Source: Anaerolineales bacterium (GTDB taxonomy: Bacteria > Chloroflexota > Anaerolineae > Anaerolineales > E44-bin32). From it: a stretch of DNA of 64,000 nucleotides. The DNA is taken from contig DATEVL010000082.1 in assembly GCA_035281845.1 (NCBI GenBank), forward strand, positions 12,728 through 76,727, read 5' to 3'. The position numbers were made by a program, and so were the translations under genes. Numbering within the stretch: position 1 is the first letter of the stretch; the number at the start of each line of letters is the position of its first letter. Positions 19,786-28,348 of this stretch are shown here, piece after piece. Below the pieces are notes generated by a model. It saw only the letters and a program-made list of their open reading frames with translations, ran no database searches and was not told where the DNA came from.

Positions 19786-20796
19786 ATGACGCAAACCGCC
19801 TCGGAACTCCCCGTTACACCGCCGAATAGCCCGTCCGTCATGGCTGTTGGGGAAACGACGCCTGCCGAACGACAGCGATCGCCGGCTCAGCTCCGAGAGC
19901 AGGGAGAACGGCATGCCAGCAACCCCGCGACCTGGCGCGACTACGTGGCCTTGGGGAAACCGCTGATTGTCTTGCTTCTGCTGGCGACGACCTGGGCCGG
20001 GATGGTGGTCGGCGGCGGACGGCTCCCCTCGTCGTCGCTCACTTTCTGGACCCTTCTCGGGGGAGGGCTGGCAGCCGCCGGGGCCAGCGCGCTCAATCAG
20101 TACATCGACCGCGATCTGGACGCACAAATGCAGCGTACGCGCCGCCGCCCCTTGCCCGCCGGTCGCGTCCCACCGAGCCGGGCGGCCTTCCTCGGCGTCG
20201 GATTGTGTGTGCTGGGGGTGGCAATTCTGGCGATCGCTGTCAACCCCCTGAGTGCGTTCCTGGCCGCGCTGGGAGCGATCTATTACGTCGGCGCGTACTC
20301 GCTGCTCTTGAAGAAGGCGACGCCACACAACATCGTTATCGGCGGTGGCGCCGGCGCGATTCCGCCGCTGGTCGGATGGGCAGCCGCAACCGGATCGCTG
20401 GCGATGCCGGCGTTCTTCCTCTTCGCCATCGTCTTCTTCTGGACGCCGCCTCACTTCTGGGCCCTGGCATTGACGCGGCGGGGTGAGTATGCGCGTGCCG
20501 GGGTCCCCATGTTTCCCGTCGTGTACGGGGATCCAGCGGCTCGCTGGACGATCTTTCTGTATTCCGTGCAGCTCGTGGCGCTCACACTTCTTCTGCCGGG
20601 GATCGGCATGGTCAGTACGGTGTACCTCGTGGCCGCGCTCGCGCTGGGTCTTGTTTTCGTGCTGAGGGCTTGGGGGTTGCTGCGCGGGGGAGGCACGCGC
20701 CGCGCGTGGGCGCTCTACCGCTACTCGAGCATTTACCTGGCGCTGATCTTCGGCGCCATGGTGCTGGATATTCTGACCAGGGTTCCATCCGTCTAG
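19786..20796 (+). CDS. cyoE: Protoheme IX farnesyltransferase (heme O synthase)
   Basis: NQYIDRDLDAQMQRTRRRPLP, NIVIGGGAGAIPPLVGWAA, FWTPPHFWAL, EYARAGVPM. Confidence 0.96.
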   Translation: MTQTASELPVTPPNSPSVMAVGETTPAERQRSPAQLREQGERHASNPATWRDYVALGKPLIVLLLLATTWAGMVVGGGRLPSSSLTFWTLLGGGLAAAGASALNQYIDRDLDAQMQRTRRRPLPAGRVPPSRAAFLGVGLCVLGVAILAIAVNPLSAFLAALGAIYYVGAYSLLLKKATPHNIVIGGGAGAIPPLVGWAAATGSLAMPAFFLFAIVFFWTPPHFWALALTRRGEYARAGVPMFPVVYGDPAARWTIFLYSVQLVALTLLLPGIGMVSTVYLVAALALGLVFVLRAWGLLRGGGTRRAWALYRYSSIYLALIFGAMVLDILTRVPSV

Positions 20797-21052
20797 CCAG
20801 TTCCTGGGAAGCCTCTCCCCCCGCCAAATCGCGCTGGAATGATGAGGGGCGGGCAATGAGGCGCATCGAAGCCCAGGAGGGCAGGTCGGCCAGCTTTCGC
20901 ACCCGCGACCCGGCTAGGCCTGCCAGGCAACCCTGATCCCCCTCATGCTTGCCGAGCCCAGGCCTTGTCCATCGTGATATCATTCACAAGTAAGCGAGCC
21001 CCCGTTCGCCAATCCTCCTTCTCGGGCTGAAGATCCCCGCTCTAGGTAACCC

Positions 21053-22333
21053 ATGGAAGAACCAACTGCCAAGCAAGGCTCTCGGTGGCCGAGGCTCCTT
21101 GTTGGGGGCCTGGTCGTCGTTGTCGCCGTCATCGGGCTGGGGCTTATCGTGCTGGCCATCGGGGCCGGAGGGCCCTCGGCCGGGCACGAAGAACCGCCCG
21201 ACGCGTTGGCGGTGAGCACCGACGACTGTGTCATCTGCCATCGGCAAAGCAGTCCTGGGATTGTCGAGCAATACGGCAGCAGCTCGATGGCGGCGGCCGA
21301 AGTCGGTTGCCGGGACTGCCATCAGGTCGATGCGGATTACCCGGGTGCCGTCGAGCACGAGGGGACGTTCGTGTTGAGCCAGCCGACCCCGGCCCGCTGC
21401 GAGCGCTGCCACGCCGCGGAAGTGGCCCAGTACAACCAGAGCCGTCATTCCCTTCCGGCATACGTGGCGATGGCCGGGACGACCGGACTAAGCCCGGATC
21501 ACCTGGCGCGCTACCGGGCCATTCCGGAAGGCGGCTTTGCTCCCGACAAGATGCGCCACGCACTCTTCGCCATCGAAGGCCCGGCAATAACCCGTTTTGC
21601 ATGCGAGGCCTGCCACAACATCGGCAAGCCTCAACCCGACGGGAGCGTCGGGGAATGTCAACAATGTCACCTACGTCACAACTTCTCGCTTGAGCAGGCG
21701 CGCAAGCCGGAGACATGCAACGCCTGCCACATCGGCCCGGATCACCCGCAATGGGAGATCTACCAGGAGTCGCCGCACGGCATCGCCTACCAGACCGGTG
21801 GCGATTCATGGAATTGGGAGGCCGATCCGGGGACCCTGGCGGTGAGGGACTTCCCGGCCCCGACGTGTGCCACCTGCCACTTCAGCGGCTTCGGCCCGTC
21901 TGGGACGACACATGACGTGGGCGATCGCCTTACCTGGTTTCTGTTCGCGCCGATCAGCGAACGCCGGCCTGATTGGCAGGACAACTTGGTACGCATGCAA
22001 GGGATCTGCCTGGAGTGCCACAACCGGGTGTTCCTCGACGACTTCTATACCGACGCCGACGAGGGTACCAAAGCTGTGAATGATTGGGTTCGGCAGAGCG
22101 ACGCCATCATGTCGCCGCTCAAGTCGGCCGGCCTGCTGACCGACGAACCCTTCGACCAGCCCATCGACTTCTTGTACTTCGAATTGTGGCACCACTGGGG
22201 ACGGACGGCCAAGTTCGGCGTCTGGATGCAGGGGCCGGATTACACCCAGTGGCACGGCGCCTACGAGCTCCTCAGCGATCTGGCCGAGCTGAGGGAGCTG
22301 GCAGGCGAAATGCTCGGTGCCAAGACAGAGTAG
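21053..22333 (+). CDS. Membrane-anchored octaheme c-type cytochrome, hydroxylamine oxidoreductase family
   Basis: N-terminal TM and 8 CxxCH motifs (CVICH, CRDCH, CERCH, CEACH, CQQCH, CNACH, CATCH, CLECH). HAO-family motifs GPDHPQWEIYQESPHG and GPDYTQWHG. Confidence 0.9.
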   Translation: MEEPTAKQGSRWPRLLVGGLVVVVAVIGLGLIVLAIGAGGPSAGHEEPPDALAVSTDDCVICHRQSSPGIVEQYGSSSMAAAEVGCRDCHQVDADYPGAVEHEGTFVLSQPTPARCERCHAAEVAQYNQSRHSLPAYVAMAGTTGLSPDHLARYRAIPEGGFAPDKMRHALFAIEGPAITRFACEACHNIGKPQPDGSVGECQQCHLRHNFSLEQARKPETCNACHIGPDHPQWEIYQESPHGIAYQTGGDSWNWEADPGTLAVRDFPAPTCATCHFSGFGPSGTTHDVGDRLTWFLFAPISERRPDWQDNLVRMQGICLECHNRVFLDDFYTDADEGTKAVNDWVRQSDAIMSPLKSAGLLTDEPFDQPIDFLYFELWHHWGRTAKFGVWMQGPDYTQWHGAYELLSDLAELRELAGEMLGAKTE

Positions 22334-22334
22334 C

Positions 22335-23279
22335 TTGGGCTACCTGGCGGTCGTCGTCCCTCGGCTCGGGAAGCGCCATCTTCCGCTTTCGCGGGACGAG
22401 CTCATGTTGTTGATGGCAGCCCTCAACGAACTCTTCCTGGGGCTCGACATCGCCCTGGCCCACAGCATCAGTGGAACGATCACTCGATTCGAATGGATCC
22501 CGATCGTCTTCGGGCCGCTGGCGGCGGGCCTGCTCTTGTTGGCCGGCTTGATGGCGCGCCGCAATCGCGAGGCCGCATCGATTCTCGCCACGGTTGTTTT
22601 CCTTCTGAGCATTCTGGTTGGATTGGTGGGCGCCTACCTGCATTGGATCAGGGCCATTCTCCCTAACGCGCTCCCCGGCCAGCGCGTCTCCATTCCTCTC
22701 CTGGTATGGGCACCACCCATCCTGGGGCCGCTCACTTTCTGCTTGGTCGGGCTGATCGGGCTGAGCGCAGCGTGGATCGAGGTTCCCCCCGACAGCGGCG
22801 TTCTCACGTTACCGCGGCTGCGCCGTCTGGCGCTTCCCTACAGCAAGACACGCGCCTATCTGTTCATGATCGGGCTGGGAACGCTCGCCACCGTGATCAG
22901 CAGCGTTCTGGATCACGCCCGTACGGCCTTCGCCAACCCGTGGTTGTGGATCCCGACAGTCGCGGGAATCTTTGCGACGACGGTGGCCATCGGCCTCGGG
23001 TCGCTGAGGCGCCCTGAGCCGAAGGAGATTGCGACGTTCGCCTGGACGATGGGGGCGCTGATTGTGGTCGGCTCGGTCGGGGCCTTGCTCCACATCCAGG
23101 AGAATCTGACATCGCAAGGGACGGTCGTCGGGGAGCGCTTTCTACGCGGCGCACCCTTCCTGGCACCACTCTTGTTTGCGAATATGGGAGCGTTGGGTCT
23201 GATCGCGCTGCTGAACCCGGCTGAGCCGGGCGCCCAGGCTTCGGCGGCAGCCGAGGTCGCCAGTTTAGCGACTTGCTAG
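22335..23279 (+). CDS. Polytopic membrane protein with a two-fold internal repeat and four repeat-conserved His
   Basis: About 8 TM segments. The halves align: AH..WIP..G..GAYLH..APPILGPL versus DH..WIP..G..GALLH..APFLAPL. Start is TTG 22335 or GTG 22317. Confidence 0.8.
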   Translation: MGYLAVVVPRLGKRHLPLSRDELMLLMAALNELFLGLDIALAHSISGTITRFEWIPIVFGPLAAGLLLLAGLMARRNREAASILATVVFLLSILVGLVGAYLHWIRAILPNALPGQRVSIPLLVWAPPILGPLTFCLVGLIGLSAAWIEVPPDSGVLTLPRLRRLALPYSKTRAYLFMIGLGTLATVISSVLDHARTAFANPWLWIPTVAGIFATTVAIGLGSLRRPEPKEIATFAWTMGALIVVGSVGALLHIQENLTSQGTVVGERFLRGAPFLAPLLFANMGALGLIALLNPAEPGAQASAAAEVASLATC

Positions 23280-24280
23280 TCTAGCCCGCCCTCCCGGTCG
23301 GCCGCCCGAGTCACCAGGATGTAGGCGACGATGAGGAGAAACAAGCCGCCGAACGGCAGATAAGCCCCGATCAGAGCTCCGACGCCTCCGCCGCTTGGAA
23401 CCAGCAGATCGAATCCAGCCTGCCCTTGGCCCCGCGGTCCGTCGACCAGGATAGCGATATGCCACGCGCCGGCGGCGGGCAGGGCGAGAACGGCGGCATA
23501 GTCCCGCGGGATCTTCGCCTCACCTTGAGCTGCCGTGGTTTCGAGGCGAGTCCCCGACTTATCTTCGCCGACAATCCACACCTCTGGATCGGTCAGCGTC
23601 CTGCGGGTCGTCGCGTCGATGACGCGCACTTCGAGAGCGACGTCCTGTAGCCGGTCCGGACCGAACGATGTCACCGCCCGGACCAGATATGGACCGGCGG
23701 GTTCTTCGTCCAGCCGAATGCGGCGAGCGCCGGTATGCGCGTGGGTTGCCGAGGAAGCCTCGCCCTCTTCGCGCTCGATCGGGGCCGGCAGCATGGGTGA
23801 GGCGATCGGCTCGAGCGCCAGTGCCGAAGCGTAGATTCCCAATCCGGATAACATGGCCAGCAGGAAAGCGGCCATCACCGAGCGAGCCTGACGACTTGTG
23901 GGTGCATAGTCGCGCGAATCCTCGATCAACAGGCTCGCCATAGCAGTCGCCTCGAGGATCTTCGATACGACGCCTGCCAGGTCGATCTCTTCGGGCGTTC
24001 CGGAGAAGGGTGCCGGAAGGGATCGCGTTACCGCCCACAGGACAATCATTCCGCCGGATAGGACGAAGCCCGTCCACCGCAACCCTCGACCCGGCAGCAT
24101 CCAATAGGCGGCCGCCCATCCGATCTGGACGACTCCGAGCGCGGCGAAGAACAACGCGTGGGCGGGCGTGCGCTCAGAATGCTCGGTTGTGATGGCCAGA
24201 TGGATGACCCCGCTGAGCGCCATCGTCACGCAGGCAAGGGTAGCCAGGAAGTCGCGTCGTGAGGGGGGCGAGGAGGTCAC
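23276..24280 (-). CDS. Membrane protein with His-rich N-terminal TMs and a C-terminal YtkA/FixH-like beta domain
   Basis: GVIHLAITTEHSERTPAHALFF, DYAAVLALPAAGAWHIAILVDGPRG, C-terminal TM. Lies downstream of SCO. Confidence 0.65.
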   Translation of the reverse strand: MTSSPPSRRDFLATLACVTMALSGVIHLAITTEHSERTPAHALFFAALGVVQIGWAAAYWMLPGRGLRWTGFVLSGGMIVLWAVTRSLPAPFSGTPEEIDLAGVVSKILEATAMASLLIEDSRDYAPTSRQARSVMAAFLLAMLSGLGIYASALALEPIASPMLPAPIEREEGEASSATHAHTGARRIRLDEEPAGPYLVRAVTSFGPDRLQDVALEVRVIDATTRRTLTDPEVWIVGEDKSGTRLETTAAQGEAKIPRDYAAVLALPAAGAWHIAILVDGPRGQGQAGFDLLVPSGGGVGALIGAYLPFGGLFLLIVAYILVTRAADREGGLD

Positions 24281-24321
24281 GGCGGGGGCGAGTGCCCGTT
24301 GCGGGAAGCGACTGGATCGCC

Positions 24322-24921
24322 TCAGCCTTGGCGCAGCAAATAGCGCACGTCGGCCAGAAGATCAACGGCGGAGGTGTCGAAGGGATAATGAGCGCGCAGT
24401 TTCCCGACCTTGTCCACCAGGAAGAGCCGCGTGGTGTGAGCGATGATTCCCTCGTCCGCGTGATCAGGATCGAGGAATGCCGTCGCCGCGTAACCGGCCA
24501 GCAGGGGGGGCAGGGCCTCCGGATCGGGACGAACCCCGATGAGACGCGAATCGAACTGGTCCAGATAGGCGGTCAGAGCGTCGCCGGTGTCGCGTTCGGG
24601 ATCGACCGTGACAAAGTAGAACCGAACATCGTCCGCCTCGTCCCCGAGACGTTCGAAAAGCTCGGCAACAATCGCCAGGGTGGCGGGGCAAAAATCGGTG
24701 CAGTGCGTATAGCCAAAGTAGATGAGGGAGACGTGCCCGGTCAGGTCGGGATCGGAGGTCGGATCGCTCCCGGTCGAAGTAACCGGCAATGTTGGAGCGG
24801 TCGGCGGGTTCTCGTAGGCTGTGCCGTTCCAGACCTGAGGGCGAGGTGAGCATCCTGCGAGAGCAAAGCCTGCGAGCAGGGCGAAAGGAAGGCTGAGGCG
24901 CATCCGAGGACGCAGTTGCAT
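24322..24921 (-). CDS. SCO family copper chaperone lipoprotein
   Basis: Lipobox LAGC, YFGYTHCTDFCP (CxxxC), VTVDPERDT, IAHT. Confidence 0.95.
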   Translation of the reverse strand: MQLRPRMRLSLPFALLAGFALAGCSPRPQVWNGTAYENPPTAPTLPVTSTGSDPTSDPDLTGHVSLIYFGYTHCTDFCPATLAIVAELFERLGDEADDVRFYFVTVDPERDTGDALTAYLDQFDSRLIGVRPDPEALPPLLAGYAATAFLDPDHADEGIIAHTTRLFLVDKVGKLRAHYPFDTSAVDLLADVRYLLRQG

Positions 24922-25095
24922 GATTGCGCGGATGATAACATGGCGAGCATCGGCGGTCGGATGGCGGGCCCGCGCCGCCGCGCATTTCTTCCGACCTGCG
25001 GCAACACGGTGGCCCATGAACGGGCCAGGCAGTCACCCAGGTGGCGGGATGAATGGGATTGGGCGGCTTCTCAGCGGGTTCAAGGAGGCGTTGGA

Positions 25096-26073
25096 ATGAA
25101 CTATCGTCGACTCGGTCGCAGCGGGATGAAGGTGTCCGAGTTGTGCATGGGTACGATGCAGTTCGGATGGACCGCCGACGAAACCACAGCGCTCCAGATT
25201 CTTGACCGGGCCTTCGACGCGGGTTTGAACTTCATCGATTCGGCCGACGTCTACTCCCGCTGGGTCGAGGGGAATTCGGGTGGAGAGGCAGAGCAGATCG
25301 TCGGCCGCTGGCTGGCGAAAAGCCCGGCCCGGCGCGATCAGGTGATTCTGGCAACGAAGGTCCGTGGGCGGATGGGCGATGGGCCGAACGGCGAAGGGCT
25401 GTCGCGCCTCCACATCGTGGCGGCGGTCCAGGCCTCGTTGCGCCGGCTGGGCACGGACCACATCGACCTGTACCAGCTGCACTCACCGGATCCGGACACC
25501 CCGATCGACGAAACGCTCGAGGCGCTCGATGACCTGGTCCGGCAAGGCTATGTCCGGTACATCGGTTGCTCCAACTTCGAGGCTTGGCGCACCGTCGAAG
25601 CCTTGTGGACCTCCGATCGTGAACACCTCGCTGCCTTCGCCTGCGTCCAACCGCATTACAACCTGCTCCATCGTCGGGAATTCGAGCAAGAGCTGGAGGC
25701 CGCCTGCCGCTCCTTCGGGTTGGGGGTGCTCCCTTACAGCCCTCTCGCCAGCGGATTCTTGAGCGGGAAATACGCGCGCGGGGTCGCCCCCACGCCGGGG
25801 ACGCGAGGTGCCAGCAGCGGCCGGATCCGCGCGTACCTGGAGAATCCACAAGCCTGGGACGTTCTTGAGGTCGTGAGCCAACTGGGGAAGGCGAGAGGGG
25901 AATCGCCTTCTCAGGTCGCGTTGGCCTGGTTGCTCTCCAAACCGGAAGTCACAAGCCCCATCATCGGACCGCGGAATCTCGCGCAGCTCGAGGACAACCT
26001 CGGCGCGGCCGGTCTCGTGCTCACCCCGGAAGAGATCCAGGCGCTCGAGCGCGTTAGCGCCTGGGAGGGATGA
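25096..26073 (+). CDS. Aldo/keto reductase
   Basis: YRRLGRSGMKVSELCMGTM, FIDSADVY, ILATKV, IDLYQLH, YIGCSN, PYSPLASG. AGGAGG RBS. Confidence 0.96.
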   Translation: MNYRRLGRSGMKVSELCMGTMQFGWTADETTALQILDRAFDAGLNFIDSADVYSRWVEGNSGGEAEQIVGRWLAKSPARRDQVILATKVRGRMGDGPNGEGLSRLHIVAAVQASLRRLGTDHIDLYQLHSPDPDTPIDETLEALDDLVRQGYVRYIGCSNFEAWRTVEALWTSDREHLAAFACVQPHYNLLHRREFEQELEAACRSFGLGVLPYSPLASGFLSGKYARGVAPTPGTRGASSGRIRAYLENPQAWDVLEVVSQLGKARGESPSQVALAWLLSKPEVTSPIIGPRNLAQLEDNLGAAGLVLTPEEIQALERVSAWEG

Positions 26074-26191
26074 TCGGCGAGGCTTCCAACTCCAAAGTGG
26101 AGCAGGGGGCGTCCGGGTGCGAGACCGCCGGAGAGCATGGTTTCGACCGGGGACACAGGGGCGCGCCTCATCGGGTAGTTCCGAGGCAGCC

Positions 26192-26735
26192 CTATGACCG
26201 CTGCAACGCCTCGCGCCAGTGCTTCTTCACGCGCTCGGCTCGGCCCGTCGTCGACAAGTTGGCGTGCGTGACCATCACTGTGGACTTCGACCTCCCTTTG
26301 CTGGTGAAGGTCACATCCATTCGACTCCGGCCTCCGGCCTATTGGACCCGCGGGGTCCGCCGCGGCGTGGCCTTGGTGATGACCATCTTCGCTCGGGGAA
26401 GCCAGCGAGACCGCTGACGGGAATCGGTCCACGCTGTGTAGAGCCGTGCGGCCGGGACCGCCATCGTCCGGGTGGCGCCGATCTGAAAACCGTCTGGGCG
26501 CTCGTGCACTTTCCGCATGCCGCGCGCCTGCTCATTCCCGACAACGATCATTTTGCTGCCACCGAGGCCCGACGCGGTACTCCTCTGAGACGATCGAAAC
26601 GATTTGAGGATGGGTCATCCTCTTGGCGCCTGCTCGATCGAGCAGCGAGAACCATGTCTTCCACTTCCGGCCGGTGGCGCTCTCGACGGCCGCGTCGCTG
26701 GTCCCAGCGAAGACCTCGCCTTTGGAGGACTTCAC
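26192..26735 (-). pseudogene. Disrupted DUF4287/SRPBCC-like gene (one frameshift and one in-frame TAG)
   Basis: SDAAVESATGRKWKTWF...WQQ continues as MIVVGNEQARG after one extra base in the T4 run at 26551-26554. TAG at 26339-26341 is followed in frame by ...SRMDVTFTSKGRSKSTVMVTHANL...KKHWREAL. Confidence 0.8.
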
Positions 26736-26763
26736 GAGGCCGCCGCGGGGTGCTTCACCCTCC

Positions 26764-27177
26764 TGTCACCCTGAGCGGCCCGCGGGGCCGCGAAGGGCCT
26801 GCTGTTCCTACTCCCCGCCCCATTCCGCGGCGAGGTCTTCCCAAGTCGGTTTCGTGGCCTCCACGAGGGCGATCTTTTTGGCACGCGTCCAGCCTTTGAT
26901 CTCCTTCTCCCGCGCGATCGTCGACATGACGTCTTCCGTTTCTTCGAAGTGCACAACCCGGGTGATCTTGTACTTGGCCGTGAATCCTGGGACCAGCTTG
27001 TGCTTGTGCTCGTAAACGCGGCGCTCCAGATCGTTCGTCACCCCAACGTAGAGGGTTCGGGACCTGCTCGTAATAATGTAGACGTAGTACTTCTTCACCC
27101 GCCTCCTATTTCAGAAAACAGATCCATCGCTCGCGGGCTCTCCGACCAGGCATCTCTTCGGACCGCTCAGGATGACA
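26764..27177. mobile_element. Putative mini-element: GIY-YIG gene between inverted GTCAYCCTGAGCG palindromic ends
   Basis: Left end TGTCACCCTGAGCGGCCCG...GCGAAGGGCCTG. Right end (reverse complement) TGTCATCCTGAGCGGTCCG...GCGATGGATCTG. The terminal IR matches at 17 of 19 positions. Confidence 0.6.
26808..27098 (-). CDS. Small stand-alone GIY-YIG nuclease family protein
   Basis: YYVYII...TLYVGVTNDLERRVYEHK, FTAKY, AREKEIKGWTRAKK. AGGAGG RBS before GTG. Confidence 0.95.
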   Translation of the reverse strand: MKKYYVYIITSRSRTLYVGVTNDLERRVYEHKHKLVPGFTAKYKITRVVHFEETEDVMSTIAREKEIKGWTRAKKIALVEATKPTWEDLAAEWGGE

Positions 27178-27490
27178 TTAACGCGAAGTGCTTGAAGGAC
27201 TGCCAGGAGTGGGCCAAGTCTCCCCTAGGTCTAATCGAGGCTACATGCCGATGCGCGGTCCCGGAGCTTGGAAGACGCCCCTCCCAAGTTGCTCCCCGTG
27301 GAGGCCTGCCCCGCCCTTGGCGCTCCGTAGAGAGCGAGCGGGCGAGCGAGGGCGTGGCCGGAGGGGGGCGAAATCCAGAATGGCCAGGCGGAAAGGGTGG
27401 TCCCCGGGGAGAATTGGGATAGTACTCTGCAGTTATGGTAAGTCAGACTGGCGGATGCTATAATGTCGGCCCGCCCTGACCTCCGCCAGA

Positions 27491-28348
27491 ATGGATGCCG
27501 CCCTTCATCGTTTCCTGGTGTACCTGCGAGATGTCCGAGGAAGCTCGGCCAATACGCTCCTGGCTTATCGGGCAGACCTGCGTCAGTTTGTTGCGGCTCT
27601 CCGCGGGAAGTCAGACAGCCCCGAAGCGTTGAGCCAGCAGGCCCTGGCTGATTATGTTGCCTGGCTGGGGCAGCAGGGGTATCGGCCGGCGACCATTTCT
27701 CGCAAGATGGCGGCGGTGCGCTCCTTCCTGGACTACCTGTTGAGCGTTAACGTGGTGACCGACCTATCCTTGCGGTCTGAGCTGCGCCCGCCACGCGCCC
27801 CGCGGCCCAGGCCCCGTGTCCTCACGCCGGAGGAATTGCAGACATTGCTCGATGCGCCGGCCAAACAGGACAGCCCGCGCTCGTTGAGGGACGCCGCCAT
27901 TCTGTCGCTGCTGTATGCGACGGGTTTGCGCGCGGCCGAGGTGGTCGCCCTTACCCTCGACGAGGTCGACCTCGAGAAGGGGTGGGTCAGCCGCGTGCAG
28001 CACTCGGATCCGCACCTTCCCCTCGGGCGCGCGCTGAAACCCATGCGGCGTTACGTCGTCGATGGCCGCCCCCACCTGACTCGGCGGCCGGACGAGCGAT
28101 CCTTGTTCCTCAATCAGCGCGGCGACCGGCTGAGCCGTCAGGGCTTGTGGCTGGTTGTCAAGCGCTGGACGGCGCGCGCCGGACTCGGCGCGGACCTCTC
28201 GCCCCACTCGTTACGGCATACGCTCGCTCAGCATCTTCTCCAAGAGGGCCGGAGCCGCCGCGAGGTTCAGCAGGTGCTCGGCCTGACGAGTGCCAACGCC
28301 ATGCGTGTGCATCGTCTGCAGAGTGAGCTGGAACGCGCCAAGCCATGA
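27491..28348 (+). CDS. XerD-like tyrosine recombinase family protein with a degenerate active site
   Basis: SANTLLAYRADL, TISRKMAAVRSF, RDAAILSLLYATGLR, LFLNQRG.RLSRQG, SPHSLRH. LGH is replaced by LGL and TTQIY by AMRVH. Confidence 0.9.
   Translation: MDAALHRFLVYLRDVRGSSANTLLAYRADLRQFVAALRGKSDSPEALSQQALADYVAWLGQQGYRPATISRKMAAVRSFLDYLLSVNVVTDLSLRSELRPPRAPRPRPRVLTPEELQTLLDAPAKQDSPRSLRDAAILSLLYATGLRAAEVVALTLDEVDLEKGWVSRVQHSDPHLPLGRALKPMRRYVVDGRPHLTRRPDERSLFLNQRGDRLSRQGLWLVVKRWTARAGLGADLSPHSLRHTLAQHLLQEGRSRREVQQVLGLTSANAMRVHRLQSELERAKP

Noticed and set aside
21053..22333. Evidence for ammonia oxidation or anammox
   Set aside because: No amo, cycA/cycB or hzs genes are present, and the cross-linking Tyr appears absent by eye.
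26339..26341. Pyrrolysine or other readthrough of the in-frame TAG
   Set aside because: The same gene also has a frameshift and no pyl genes are in view. A TGG-to-TAG nonsense change is simpler.
27491..28348. Phage integrase marking a mobile island
   Set aside because: The sequence is XerD-like, overlaps punA in housekeeping synteny and lacks catalytic residues.
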